A DNA stretch of 59,300 nt, filler included, from 7 parts of 7 records of this genome joined end to end with filler, not necessarily neighbours in it, one strand, 5' to 3'; counted from the first letter of the whole stretch, positions 39,628 through 49,087 are shown. Notes: a model not told the origin generated them from the letters alone. Numbers and translations: made by a program.

Positions 39628-40080
39628 CTACCTGCCGAATCGTCGGCCTCTATTTCCTCTTCCTCGTCCATGCTGTGATTTTCGTCCGGCACCAACCCTT
39701 CTATTACCTCGATTAACTCCCTGTGATTGGTTCCTTAAAATGGACCCATCTCCGGAAAAATCACCTTGTGGCTCGATTAATTGCTTAAACAACTCAACTA
39801 TTCCACTTACCAATCCCTGTCCTTGAGTTCCTTTCGAATTCTCTTCTTGAGTCATGGCAGTGGATCCACCTTTAGTAATATCTATTGGTACAATTTCTTC
39901 TTTATCCGACTGTTCCTCAATAATGGCATCGGCCGGGCATATTTCAACACATTGCCCGCATTTTCCGCATAGAGTATCATCAATCTGGGCTTTATCATCA
40001 ACAATAATAATAGCGTTAAAGGGACATACCGCCATACATGCCTGGCAACCGATACATTTTTCTACATATACTTTTAACAT
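39628..40080 (-). CDS. 2x[4Fe-4S] ferredoxin domain protein with Gly/Arg-rich tail
   Basis: CIGCQACMAVCP and CGKCGQCVEICP; C-terminus GRGRGNRGRRFGR. Confidence 0.88.
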   Translation of the reverse strand: MLKVYVEKCIGCQACMAVCPFNAIIIVDDKAQIDDTLCGKCGQCVEICPADAIIEEQSDKEEIVPIDITKGGSTAMTQEENSKGTQGQGLVSGIVELFKQLIEPQGDFSGDGSILRNQSQGVNRGNRRVGAGRKSQHGRGRGNRGRRFGR

Positions 40081-40591
40081 TTCATTTTACCTTTTTTAAA
40101 TCAAGCATCATCTGGAGTTTATCTTATTCACATGGGAAACATCATGTTCTACGTTCATTTATCATAGAACCACTTAATTAGGGCTTACCCAAAACCATAC
40201 AACAATCCATACCATATTAAATATCTACACCATAATTGTGCCACAATATAACAACTGGCTTTATCTTATATAAATTATGAGGTTGTATAATAATTATAAA
40301 AGGTTGGTATATATCAATAGTTGCATAATTGCACTTTTCAATACATATTTAATTGCAAAATTGCTACTCAATACGAAGAATTATTTCGATAAGATAAAAA
40401 CTGACTTGCAAAAGGCGGGGCACGCAAACAGATTTCATCAACTTGATTTTTGCTTAAACGCAGTGATTTATGGTGCCCTTAAAAAAGATTTATGGCATCA
40501 TAATATCATTTTTCCCCATTACAAAACAAATGTATGAGACATTTAAACAAACAAAAACTCATAAACATCCATAATTGCATCAGACAGGAAT

Positions 40592-40993
40592 TTACTCTGA
40601 ACTGGATCCGAAAGTATCAATCGCATTGAACCGGTAATTGAGCCGGTTATACGCATAGATAGCAAAAACAAGAACCAACGCATAGATCACACCAATCTTT
40701 GCCGGCCATATAGACAGCGCGCCAATAAATCCCATCCCAGTCATAAGATCGACCATGCGTTCTGGCAGTCTCGACGTCTTCAACTTCTGCTTGTTCGATG
40801 GGCGCGTGGACCGGAGAATGTGCCACATCCTGACCAACACAAGACCAACCAAAATAGCCGCGACAGGAACGAACAAGGCTATACGTTCAGCAGGCCATGC
40901 GTACTGATCCACAGCCTCAGCCTGATAAAGCTCCAGGAGAATGCCTGCCTTCGGATCCACCATGGCACATAAGAAATACAAGCAAAAACACAC
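40592..40993 (-). CDS. hypothetical membrane protein, C-terminal part
   Basis: Hydrophobic helices; overlaps the upstream ORF with a frame switch near 40950. Confidence 0.55.
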   Translation of the reverse strand: MCFCLYFLCAMVDPKAGILLELYQAEAVDQYAWPAERIALFVPVAAILVGLVLVRMWHILRSTRPSNKQKLKTSRLPERMVDLMTGMGFIGALSIWPAKIGVIYALVLVFAIYAYNRLNYRFNAIDTFGSSSE

Positions 40994-41939
40994 TGAATGT
41001 CAGTAAAATACTTTTGCGCCGTTCCGTAAGGCTATTGAAATCCAGGTTACTATTAAAATCACATGTTGTCAAACACATGGCCACAAAATAAAAAAGACTC
41101 AAAAGGGTGCCAGTCCAGAAAAAATATTCAAAGCCCATAAAGAACAGCAACAGGAATCCGCCAATCGCCAGAAACAAGGTCTCGATCCATTCGTCAGCTT
41201 TGGTGCGCACAGCACCTGTTTCAGGAACAGAACGAACAGCACCGTCCGGATGGTGCTTCTTGTCAAGCCGCCATATTGTCCAGTATAACGTAATGGCGTA
41301 AAGAAGTCCCAGGTTAAACCCAGCATTTAGCTCCCACATCTTCCACCAATCTATATAGCCAGGCGCGAACCCGTAACCCAGGCACCACAATGTACTCTGC
41401 ATGAATCCGATCCCGAATCCGCCACCAATCAACAGGCCGGTAAAAAGCGTAGCCTTGTCTCTTTGTATGGCAGCAATTACCAGAGATACAACCCACCATA
41501 CAACAACAGCAAAATTCTGCGTATTGGTGTAGACGGTTCTAGACAGGTGATTATCAAGTTGACCAGAGTAAAGCCCAAGGTCAGCATGGGGGAACAACAA
41601 TCCGGGACAGACTCGGGCAAAAAAAGCACCAACCCAGTCGACAACCGGCCAGGCGAACAAAAAGATAAACAAGGGAATCATTAAAAGTGAACGACCAAGC
41701 CAACGCCCCATGGATGCTCTGCCGCCGAGAGCCCAACCCAATAAAATACCGCCTGGCGCAGCCCAACCAATACCGCAATACACTAACCAGATATATCCAG
41801 TTCGGGGTGCAATGGGAATGGTTTCGTTTCCCACGTTGAAAAAACCTCGAATCCAGGAAACATATTGACCATAGCCCAACTCACCACCAAGCGCGAGCCC
41901 CAGTCCAAGCCAAAAAACAAGCCCACGGGCGTCAATACC
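40917..41939 (-). CDS. hypothetical polytopic membrane protein, 5'-truncated and frameshifted
   Basis: Open from the contig edge (GIDARGLVFWLGLGLALGGELGYGQY); many Gly/Trp-rich TM helices; DWWKMWE motif. Confidence 0.7.
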   Translation of the reverse strand, partial: GIDARGLVFWLGLGLALGGELGYGQYVSWIRGFFNVGNETIPIAPRTGYIWLVYCGIGWAAPGGILLGWALGGRASMGRWLGRSLLMIPLFIFLFAWPVVDWVGAFFARVCPGLLFPHADLGLYSGQLDNHLSRTVYTNTQNFAVVVWWVVSLVIAAIQRDKATLFTGLLIGGGFGIGFMQSTLWCLGYGFAPGYIDWWKMWELNAGFNLGLLYAITLYWTIWRLDKKHHPDGAVRSVPETGAVRTKADEWIETLFLAIGGFLLLFFMGFEYFFWTGTLLSLFYFVAMCLTTCDFNSNLDFNSLTERRKSILLTFSVFLLVFLMCHGGSEGRHSPGALSG

Positions 41940-41941
41940 TT

Positions 41942-42041
41942 NNNNNNNNNNNNNNNNNNNNNNNNNNNNNNNNNNNNNNNNNNNNTTAATTAATTAANNN
42001 NNNNNNNNNNNNNNNNNNNNNNNNNNNNNNNNNNNNNNNNN
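41942..42041. other. artificial contig spacer
   Basis: N44-TTAATTAATTAA-N44. Confidence 0.98.
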
Positions 42042-42053
42042 TTTTTTTAAAGG

Positions 42054-44471
42054 TTATTTTTTCTCGATTTTCAAAATTTTCAGGTCAGGTAAATCATCTT
42101 CAATAAAGGCACGATGGTAACAGGTAATTCGTCCATCTTCTCCGCCAAGCAACAGGTCTAAAATACCATCTCCATCAAAATCAATTACTTCATGCGAGGT
42201 ACTATGCTCGCTGGTTCTGGAAATATCTTTTTTTATGATTTCTCCTTGCCATGCAAATACAGGATCGGTTTGCGAGCCCACATTTTCAAACCACCCCGCG
42301 TTTTTTACCTCTTTTAACAACGTTTTTTTGTCACCAAAAAGATTATGAGCATTATGAAGAATGTCCAGATCACCGTCGCCATCCCAATCTGCCAGCGCAA
42401 TCCGTGCACGGCCGGCATCTTTTCCCGCCATATCAGAGATACGGATGGGATTCCCATTTTTATCCTTAAAACAACGCAAACCCGGTTTTAACCACTTTTG
42501 CCCATCTTTAATAAAACCCTGGTAAAATGCCAGATAGCCTTCATGATCAAGTGCAACATAATCCATGCATCCATCTTTATCCCAGTCAACTGCATCGGGA
42601 CGACAACGCTGAAAGGTGATGAGTTCATGTAATCCTGGTTTATACCACACCCAACCGGGTTTAGGCGCGGACTCTTTCCAATCCACTTTTAGCTTCTTTC
42701 CTTCATCAAGCACAGGAAATGTCTTTGAACCGATATTCTCATATAAAGTATGTTCACCTGCGATATCCGACAAAAGTAAATCCAAATCCCCATCTGCATC
42801 CCAGTCTGCCACATCTGGCATGGTATATCCATATTTTGCTTCATCCGGCCCCTGGATAGATTTGGCATTACCCGCCTGAATCCGGATATCTTTTTCACCC
42901 GCTTTTAATCTTTTCCCAGGATTAAAATAAAACCCGCTAGTTGATGTGCCTTTATTTTCAAAATACTCCACAAACCCGGAGGAATTGCCAGCAAGCAGGT
43001 CCATATCCCCGTCATTATCCCAATCGCATATAACCGGAACCGAAAGACAACCACAATCGATAACAGGATCTTTTTGCAGTAAAAATTTTTCATCACCCAG
43101 TCGGCCTTGCCCCATATTTTCTATCCATGTTGGACGGCCATCTTCATTACCCAGTAGAATATCCAGATCGCCGTCAGCATCCCAGTCTGTTAATTCCGGA
43201 CGAACATATATTCCGAATGGTTCCTTCCCACTCCTGGTTTTTAATAGTAAACCTTGCTCTAATTTCGGCGCAGTTAAACGCCCCGTATTTTTAAAATACA
43301 TTAGTTGAAAAGAGTTGCCAGCAACCAAATCGAATAATCCATCTCCATTGACATCTCCGGCACTCATTTTAAGGCCGCCGTACATCTCGATGGGTGTACC
43401 ATGCACTTTAACCGGTATCGGCTGTGCAAAACGGGGGGCTTTATTTGTGCCAACATTTTTACAAAACAGGATAACACTTTTAGCACTTTCTCCCATCCAT
43501 ACCCCTAAAGATGTATAGGGAGGTAGAGAAGGATTCCACAATGAAGTGGACGGTAATGAATTACGAGGAAATTGTTTTGTTGTCAGCACATCTCTGAGAC
43601 CATCTCCATCCCAGTCAATATATTCACTGTTAGGCGTGGCATATTCAGGTAAGCTTTCTGATTGGGATAATAAAATCGTTTCGTTATCAACTGAAATGTT
43701 GTATACCATATTACCCATTATCAGTTCATTTTTTCCATCATAATCCCAATCAATAAACTGAAATTTCGCTTTGTTTGTGACTATTCTTTTCCCGGCAGCT
43801 AGAACATTCTTTTTTTCGGGACCAGGGTTTTTATAATAATAAATCCCTTCTTTTTCCGGAACACCGGAATAGCCAACAAAAAGATCCATATGACCATCAT
43901 CATCGATATCAGCGGCATCAACCTCTTCATTATAACCGCCGTCAAGCGGGGCGACAACACCGCGTCTGCCAAAAGATAAAAAGTCCCCGTTTCCCACCAG
44001 GGGTATATCTGACATTTCAGAATACGTAATTTTACCTTTCTTTGAAAAATAGATGCCAATGGTTACAACATCCCTCATATCACCCCGCCAGGATACAATC
44101 AACTCATCAGGCAGGTTCTTTTTATCTAGCAAAAAAGGGAAATAAATGGAATCGTCAGATGAATCCTTTTTATTAAAGCTATGAATATGTCCTTTTGAGT
44201 CGTATCCGACAACACGTAAACCGGACAGATTGATAAAATCGGCATTCATACCCAATTGTTTACTAAGCATCTGAAGGTTCAACGAAACAGAGACAGGTGT
44301 TGTTTTCCACTGTTTTTTAGTTTTGTTAACTTTATAAAGAACCCGGTAATCGTGTGAACCAGGCCAGGTAAAATTCTGTGCTGGCAAGTCTGAATAGAAC
44401 ACAAAAACGAAAACGAGCAATTTGAAAATGAACACGCTTTTATTTTTTTTAACAAATTGCCATTTTAGCAT
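42054..44471 (-). CDS. secreted FG-GAP/VCBS repeat beta-propeller protein
   Basis: About ten DxDxDGxxD Ca-binding repeats (DIDDDGHMDL, DWDGDGLRDV, DVNGDGLFDL, DWDADGDLDI, DWDNDGDMDL, DFDGDGILDL); signal peptide. Confidence 0.9.
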   Translation of the reverse strand: MLKWQFVKKNKSVFIFKLLVFVFVFYSDLPAQNFTWPGSHDYRVLYKVNKTKKQWKTTPVSVSLNLQMLSKQLGMNADFINLSGLRVVGYDSKGHIHSFNKKDSSDDSIYFPFLLDKKNLPDELIVSWRGDMRDVVTIGIYFSKKGKITYSEMSDIPLVGNGDFLSFGRRGVVAPLDGGYNEEVDAADIDDDGHMDLFVGYSGVPEKEGIYYYKNPGPEKKNVLAAGKRIVTNKAKFQFIDWDYDGKNELIMGNMVYNISVDNETILLSQSESLPEYATPNSEYIDWDGDGLRDVLTTKQFPRNSLPSTSLWNPSLPPYTSLGVWMGESAKSVILFCKNVGTNKAPRFAQPIPVKVHGTPIEMYGGLKMSAGDVNGDGLFDLVAGNSFQLMYFKNTGRLTAPKLEQGLLLKTRSGKEPFGIYVRPELTDWDADGDLDILLGNEDGRPTWIENMGQGRLGDEKFLLQKDPVIDCGCLSVPVICDWDNDGDMDLLAGNSSGFVEYFENKGTSTSGFYFNPGKRLKAGEKDIRIQAGNAKSIQGPDEAKYGYTMPDVADWDADGDLDLLLSDIAGEHTLYENIGSKTFPVLDEGKKLKVDWKESAPKPGWVWYKPGLHELITFQRCRPDAVDWDKDGCMDYVALDHEGYLAFYQGFIKDGQKWLKPGLRCFKDKNGNPIRISDMAGKDAGRARIALADWDGDGDLDILHNAHNLFGDKKTLLKEVKNAGWFENVGSQTDPVFAWQGEIIKKDISRTSEHSTSHEVIDFDGDGILDLLLGGEDGRITCYHRAFIEDDLPDLKILKIEKK

Positions 44472-44566
44472 GATAATTCCTTTTTAATGAAACGGCTTTA
44501 ACTTAAATAATTCTTATTGTGTTGTTGTAGCGATGCAATAAAAACGTTTCGGCAAAAATGAAAAGG

Positions 44567-44629
44567 GCGGGTAATCACAAGATAATAGGGGAAGAATAAA
44601 ATCTTTATCTCCTGAAATGGATTACCCGC
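44567..44629 (-). terminator. long inverted repeat, terminator-like, between GH38 and FG-GAP genes
   Basis: GCGGGTAATC (44567-44576) pairs with GATTACCCGC (44620-44629); followed by CCTTTTCATTTTT on the minus strand. Confidence 0.5.
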
Positions 44630-44711
44630 ATTTATTTTTAATTAGAGTTCAGATCCGAAAAAAATATCACGTAAATATCTCAGCGATGTTTACGGACATT
44701 CAGGGATCTTC

Positions 44712-47700
44712 TTATTTGAATGTCACAGAAAAAGTACGAATTTCATTTGGTTTAATGGCAAACTGAAAAGATTTTCCGGATGTTTTTGTTGATCCGATTT
44801 TATCCTCTATCAAATTTACTTCATCTGTCCTGCGTAATTTACGATCAAATTGAACATCAACATCAGCAGAAGCACCCGCTGTTTCATAAATTCGTACAAT
44901 CCAGGCATTACTATCCTCAGCCTTTTTCAGAGAACTGAGAATGACATTGTCCGGACTAATTTTCACAAATGAATGACTCTTTGGCAAAGAACCTTTATGA
45001 GATTCCACCTTCTTAACGCGCAAAGGTTCATTAAACTCACGTCCCTGGCGCACAACCTGTCCTTCAGCGAAATCGCCTTTGTGAGGATAGAGAGCATATT
45101 TAAAATCATGATAACCTCTGTCGCACATTGGATCCGGTTCTGTTGGAGAGCGCAATAAAGAGAGACGCATTATATTGTCTTTGATATCATATCCATATTT
45201 GCAATCATTGATCAAACTGACTCCGTACTGTCCATCTGACAAGTCAGCCCAACGTTGCGCAGATACTTCAAAGCGTGCTTTTTCGATACTTGTTTCAAAT
45301 CCGGTTGAACGTTCAATATTCGCGTAAGGTATTTCATATCGGGCTGTTTTAGCGTGAACATCAACAGGGAAAGCCACTTTTAATACTTTATGCACCTCCC
45401 ACCAATTCATATGGTTCCTGACTTCCATATAGGGCAGATTATCATAAAGTGAAATGTATTGTGTAAAAAAGGAACTGGGAAAATCCTCAGTTGGTGCTGC
45501 TTTGCCCTTTTGCTCACCCTGAAAAGCATGAACTACCTTTATCGTGGCACGCACCGGTCCTTTTTCCACCAGAGAGATCTCCCGAACCTTGTCCAGGTCA
45601 ATGGCTGGTTTGGTAAACTTTAAATTCCAGGCATCATTCATATCATTTGGTAAAATTTGCAGCAAATTACCACGAGGCTTTGCCAAAACCTGACGACTAT
45701 TTACAATATCTCTTATTTGTGTGACAAGTCCGGAATCCTTGTCAATTTCTATTTCCAGCTTGTCATTTTTTATTTGGGTGTCTGTCCATAGCAAACGACC
45801 TGAGCTGGCCCGGGATGGTTTTTCAACAAGCCGATAAACCTTATATCCATAAGAAGGAATATCCTGAGCTATAAACAATAGTTTTGCACCGAGCACATTC
45901 TGATTTATCTTTTGTACCGGAAGACTGTTTCCGGATTCATCCAGAACGCTCCACTCCTTCTTTGCTTCCATGCGATCCAATTCAAATTCCACCGGACCTG
46001 TTCTGTTCCAGGACAACGGATTGAATATAACCAGGCTCTCACCCTGTCCACGAGTATCTATATTATCTGCCAGTACATCAAAGGCACGTTCAAACATATC
46101 CTGATTCAGTTTTTCGGATTCAGTATACTCTAATTCAGTGTCATGATAAACCGCATTAATGGATGACCCGGGTAAAATGTCGTGAAATTGATTGAACAAC
46201 AACGTCCGCCAAACATAAAAGATATCCTGAGCCGGGTACGGATGACCGAACAGACCTGCAATGGATGCACATTTTTCAGTGGTCTGAACAGCTTCTTCAC
46301 CTTTGCGGTTATGTTTTTTCGTGTTTGCCTGTGACGTGGAAGTACCACGATGACATCCCAGATAAAGTTCACTGTCCCAGGTTGGGAGCTTTGCTTTTTC
46401 CTCAGGCGTGATCGAATCAAAAAATTCCTGGGACGAACATAGTTTATAATCCGGAAAAGCCGGAACTTCTTTGGCCAGAGCAGCTCGTTCCAGCATCGCC
46501 ATTGTGGGGCCACCACCGTGGTTACCAACACCATATAACACCAATTCTTTGCCAAGATTGAGTTCGCTTCTTTCCTCCTCAACATAGTCCACAAGTTGGT
46601 CACCATTAAGATCATGACCATAACCACTGCGTGGAATATAGGTCATGAGTTTGCTGCCATCAGGTGCCTTCCACCAGAAAAAACGATGCGGAAACTTGTT
46701 CGTATCATTCCAGTTAATTTTATGCGTAACAAAGGCATCAAATCCGCTCCGAGTCAGAATTTGCGGCAGATTCCAGTTAAATCCAAAGGAATCCGGAACC
46801 CAGCATATTTTGACATCTACTCCAAACTTGTTCCGAAAATAACGTTTCCCATACAGTACCTGTCTCACAAAGGATTCGCCCGAAGGAATATTGCAATCAA
46901 GTTCGACCCATTGACCGCCCATTATTTCCCATTTTCCCTCCTTGACCTTTTCCTGTACTTTTTTAAACAGTGCCGGATCATATTGTTCCAGCCATTCATA
47001 AGCATGGGCTTGCCCCATGCTGTATTTAAACTCTGGAAATCGTTCCATAATATTAAAAACAGAACTGGTTGTATTCCTGACAACATCCACGGTCTCGATC
47101 CATGGCCACATCCAGGCGAGATCAATATGTGCGTAACCAGCACAATAAAGATGATACTGACTCATTTCATCTTTCAGGCCTTGAAGTGCTTTTCCTTCTT
47201 CATCAAAGACTGCCAGAAATCCCTGTTCATCACCATTCTTATAAGCCTCTGATTCCATCACTCTTTTGATGACGTTATCAATTTCATCCAGCCAATGCTG
47301 ACAATTATTACTTAATTCTTTTGCCAGCCTTTTGGCGATTAATATACCCCAGACTTTATCCTGCATTTTTTTCTGAAAATCGACCATCCCGCTCAATTCA
47401 ATACGGGCATCATAGAGCTTACCAAATCCGGCTTTGTTAATCGCTCGAATAGCGATAACAAATTTGTCTCCAGGTTTTAAATTTTCAGAAATAACAAATT
47501 CCTCAGTGCCCCATTCAAAACTGCCCCGGGATTTTCCATTAACAAAAACTTCGCCACCATTGTCAATGTACAAATACATGATCATTTTCCGGCCAACAAG
47601 AGAAAATCCGCCCATTTTTTCCGGAATTTCTACAGTCGTCCGAAACCAGACATTTGTACTTTCTTCTTCCCATTTAAATCCCGGATAGCCAATATCCCAA

Positions 47701-47873
47701 TCAGAATCATCAAGGTCTACAGCCTCACCGCCAGGCTTACCTCCCATTTGATATTTTAACTGACCTGCCCCGCCATAGGCAAGTAAATTCAGCGATTGCA
47801 TGGCATTTTCAGTCGCTGGTGCCGATAACGTTAACGATGAATAGAGCAAAACGAACATCAATATCAATATCAT
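44712..47873 (-). CDS. GH38 alpha-mannosidase with N-terminal beta-sandwich domain
   Basis: AHIDLAWMWP (Zn ligands), GESFVRQVLYG, WVPDSFG (nucleophile Asp), GNHGGGPT, NQFHDILPGSSI, MRLSLLRSP; signal peptide. Confidence 0.95.
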   Translation of the reverse strand: MILILMFVLLYSSLTLSAPATENAMQSLNLLAYGGAGQLKYQMGGKPGGEAVDLDDSDWDIGYPGFKWEEESTNVWFRTTVEIPEKMGGFSLVGRKMIMYLYIDNGGEVFVNGKSRGSFEWGTEEFVISENLKPGDKFVIAIRAINKAGFGKLYDARIELSGMVDFQKKMQDKVWGILIAKRLAKELSNNCQHWLDEIDNVIKRVMESEAYKNGDEQGFLAVFDEEGKALQGLKDEMSQYHLYCAGYAHIDLAWMWPWIETVDVVRNTTSSVFNIMERFPEFKYSMGQAHAYEWLEQYDPALFKKVQEKVKEGKWEIMGGQWVELDCNIPSGESFVRQVLYGKRYFRNKFGVDVKICWVPDSFGFNWNLPQILTRSGFDAFVTHKINWNDTNKFPHRFFWWKAPDGSKLMTYIPRSGYGHDLNGDQLVDYVEEERSELNLGKELVLYGVGNHGGGPTMAMLERAALAKEVPAFPDYKLCSSQEFFDSITPEEKAKLPTWDSELYLGCHRGTSTSQANTKKHNRKGEEAVQTTEKCASIAGLFGHPYPAQDIFYVWRTLLFNQFHDILPGSSINAVYHDTELEYTESEKLNQDMFERAFDVLADNIDTRGQGESLVIFNPLSWNRTGPVEFELDRMEAKKEWSVLDESGNSLPVQKINQNVLGAKLLFIAQDIPSYGYKVYRLVEKPSRASSGRLLWTDTQIKNDKLEIEIDKDSGLVTQIRDIVNSRQVLAKPRGNLLQILPNDMNDAWNLKFTKPAIDLDKVREISLVEKGPVRATIKVVHAFQGEQKGKAAPTEDFPSSFFTQYISLYDNLPYMEVRNHMNWWEVHKVLKVAFPVDVHAKTARYEIPYANIERSTGFETSIEKARFEVSAQRWADLSDGQYGVSLINDCKYGYDIKDNIMRLSLLRSPTEPDPMCDRGYHDFKYALYPHKGDFAEGQVVRQGREFNEPLRVKKVESHKGSLPKSHSFVKISPDNVILSSLKKAEDSNAWIVRIYETAGASADVDVQFDRKLRRTDEVNLIEDKIGSTKTSGKSFQFAIKPNEIRTFSVTFK

Positions 47874-47901
47874 AAATACTCTCCGAACCTTCTCCTTTTG
47901 G

Positions 47902-48567
47902 TTACATGTCAAAATTAGTTATCTTTTTAATTCTTAATTCGCGGAAATGAGTTTCTCCATCCCCTTTTTTATGAAAAATCACGATATGACCAGGATGAAT
48001 CTGAACATGATTTAAATTTCGCTGAACATCAAGGCCATTCAACCGGACAATTGATTCCCTGTTCCAGGAAATAATTTGTGTTAGCAAAAAAGATTGCGTA
48101 AACGGAGGAAGCATAAAAGAAGGTAAATTTTTCGTAGAGTCTTTGAAATAAGGATCGCAAAATGTGACAGCATCCTGAAAATTAAAAAATTCTGCTTTAT
48201 ATCCGGGTTCGTCCGGACTTTTCCAACGGTAGAAAATTCCTCCACCCTTTTTTTGCGGTCCTCTTTCAGTATAAACCTGAAATTCAAAATGCTCAAATTC
48301 ATTTTCACTCACTAAATATCCATCATCGCCAGAGGCAACCAGAATGCCGTCTGTTACTTTCCAGGTTGCATTACCCACTGTTTTCCAGCCGGAAAGATCC
48401 TTACCGTTAAATAATGACGTCCATTTTTCCTTACCTGGCAACTCTTTGATATAAATATTGCGAAAAGCCACTTTTGATGCATGGTTTTGCAGGCCAATAT
48501 ATCCATCCCGAAGCCGATAACGTAATTCCGGATGTTCCTGGCAATTTATATCCTGAATTTTTTTCAT
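47902..48567 (-). CDS. DUF1080 (3-keto-disaccharide hydrolase family) protein, C-terminal part
   Basis: GYIGLQNH..VAFRNIYIKEL closes domain 1; WTSLFNGKDLSGW opens domain 2. Confidence 0.85.
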   Translation of the reverse strand: MKKIQDINCQEHPELRYRLRDGYIGLQNHASKVAFRNIYIKELPGKEKWTSLFNGKDLSGWKTVGNATWKVTDGILVASGDDGYLVSENEFEHFEFQVYTERGPQKKGGGIFYRWKSPDEPGYKAEFFNFQDAVTFCDPYFKDSTKNLPSFMLPPFTQSFLLTQIISWNRESIVRLNGLDVQRNLNHVQIHPGHIVIFHKKGDGETHFRELRIKKITNFDM

Positions 48568-49087
48568 TCAGCCACACCTCACATGTCGGCCAGTCAAATT
48601 TTATATGATAGGTATTCCATTCATCATGTCCCTTGACAGCATTCACTTTTGGCGCGACCACACCATAAATGGCGCCACACATTTGATTGTCACATGGCTG
48701 ACCAAAACTGTCAAATATTTGTAATTCATAACCCACTCTGGATTCTCTTCCGCAATAAGGTGCCTGGAGAAGAATTCCACTGTTCCCATTTTCACTTATG
48801 CTAAAATCGACATACAATTCAAAATTTTCATATTTTTTATCCGATTCGATGACATAAGGTGATTTTGGTGTACCTTTACAATGAATAACACCATCTTTAA
48901 TATACCACGCACCAAGATCCGGTTCGATATTCCAGCCGGTAAAATCTTTTCCATTAAAAATGGAAACAAAACCTTTTGGAGGTTGGTTATCTGCGTTTGA
49001 AGCGGCAAAGGCATGCTGACAAAAACAGGGTAATAGTAATCCAAAACCTATTAAAAAAAATAAAATTTTGACTTTTCTAACTTTCAT
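48431..49087 (-). CDS. DUF1080 protein, N-terminal part (frameshift at about 48560)
   Basis: Signal peptide, FVSIFNGKDFTGW, YENFEL, GNSGI, YELQIFD, GAIYG, EWNTYHI. Confidence 0.85.
   Translation of the reverse strand: MKVRKVKILFFLIGFGLLLPCFCQHAFAASNADNQPPKGFVSIFNGKDFTGWNIEPDLGAWYIKDGVIHCKGTPKSPYVIESDKKYENFELYVDFSISENGNSGILLQAPYCGRESRVGYELQIFDSFGQPCDNQMCGAIYGVVAPKVNAVKGHDEWNTYHIKFDWPTCEVWLNEKNSGYKLPGTSGITLSASGWIYWPAKPCIKSGFSQYLYQRVAR

Noticed and set aside
37466..40080. Magnetosome island or nitrogen fixation cluster
   Set aside because: No core mam genes, magnetochrome CxxCH motifs or nifHDKEN; MamS-like and NifX-like domains also occur outside those systems.
40277..40537. 86-aa plus-strand ORF
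   Set aside because: No motifs or RBS; it overlaps the putative regulatory repeats and is probably non-coding.
8470..42041. Recurrent TTAATTAATTAA flanked by N runs as a biological repeat or CRISPR
   Set aside because: Identical 100-nt artificial spacers; ORFs in the track that run into X residues are artefacts of these joins.
48555..48570. Programmed ribosomal frameshifting at the A7 run in DUF1080 and the other split genes
   Set aside because: The break falls mid-domain, no stimulatory structure is evident, and similar indels occur in unrelated contigs, which favours sequencing error.
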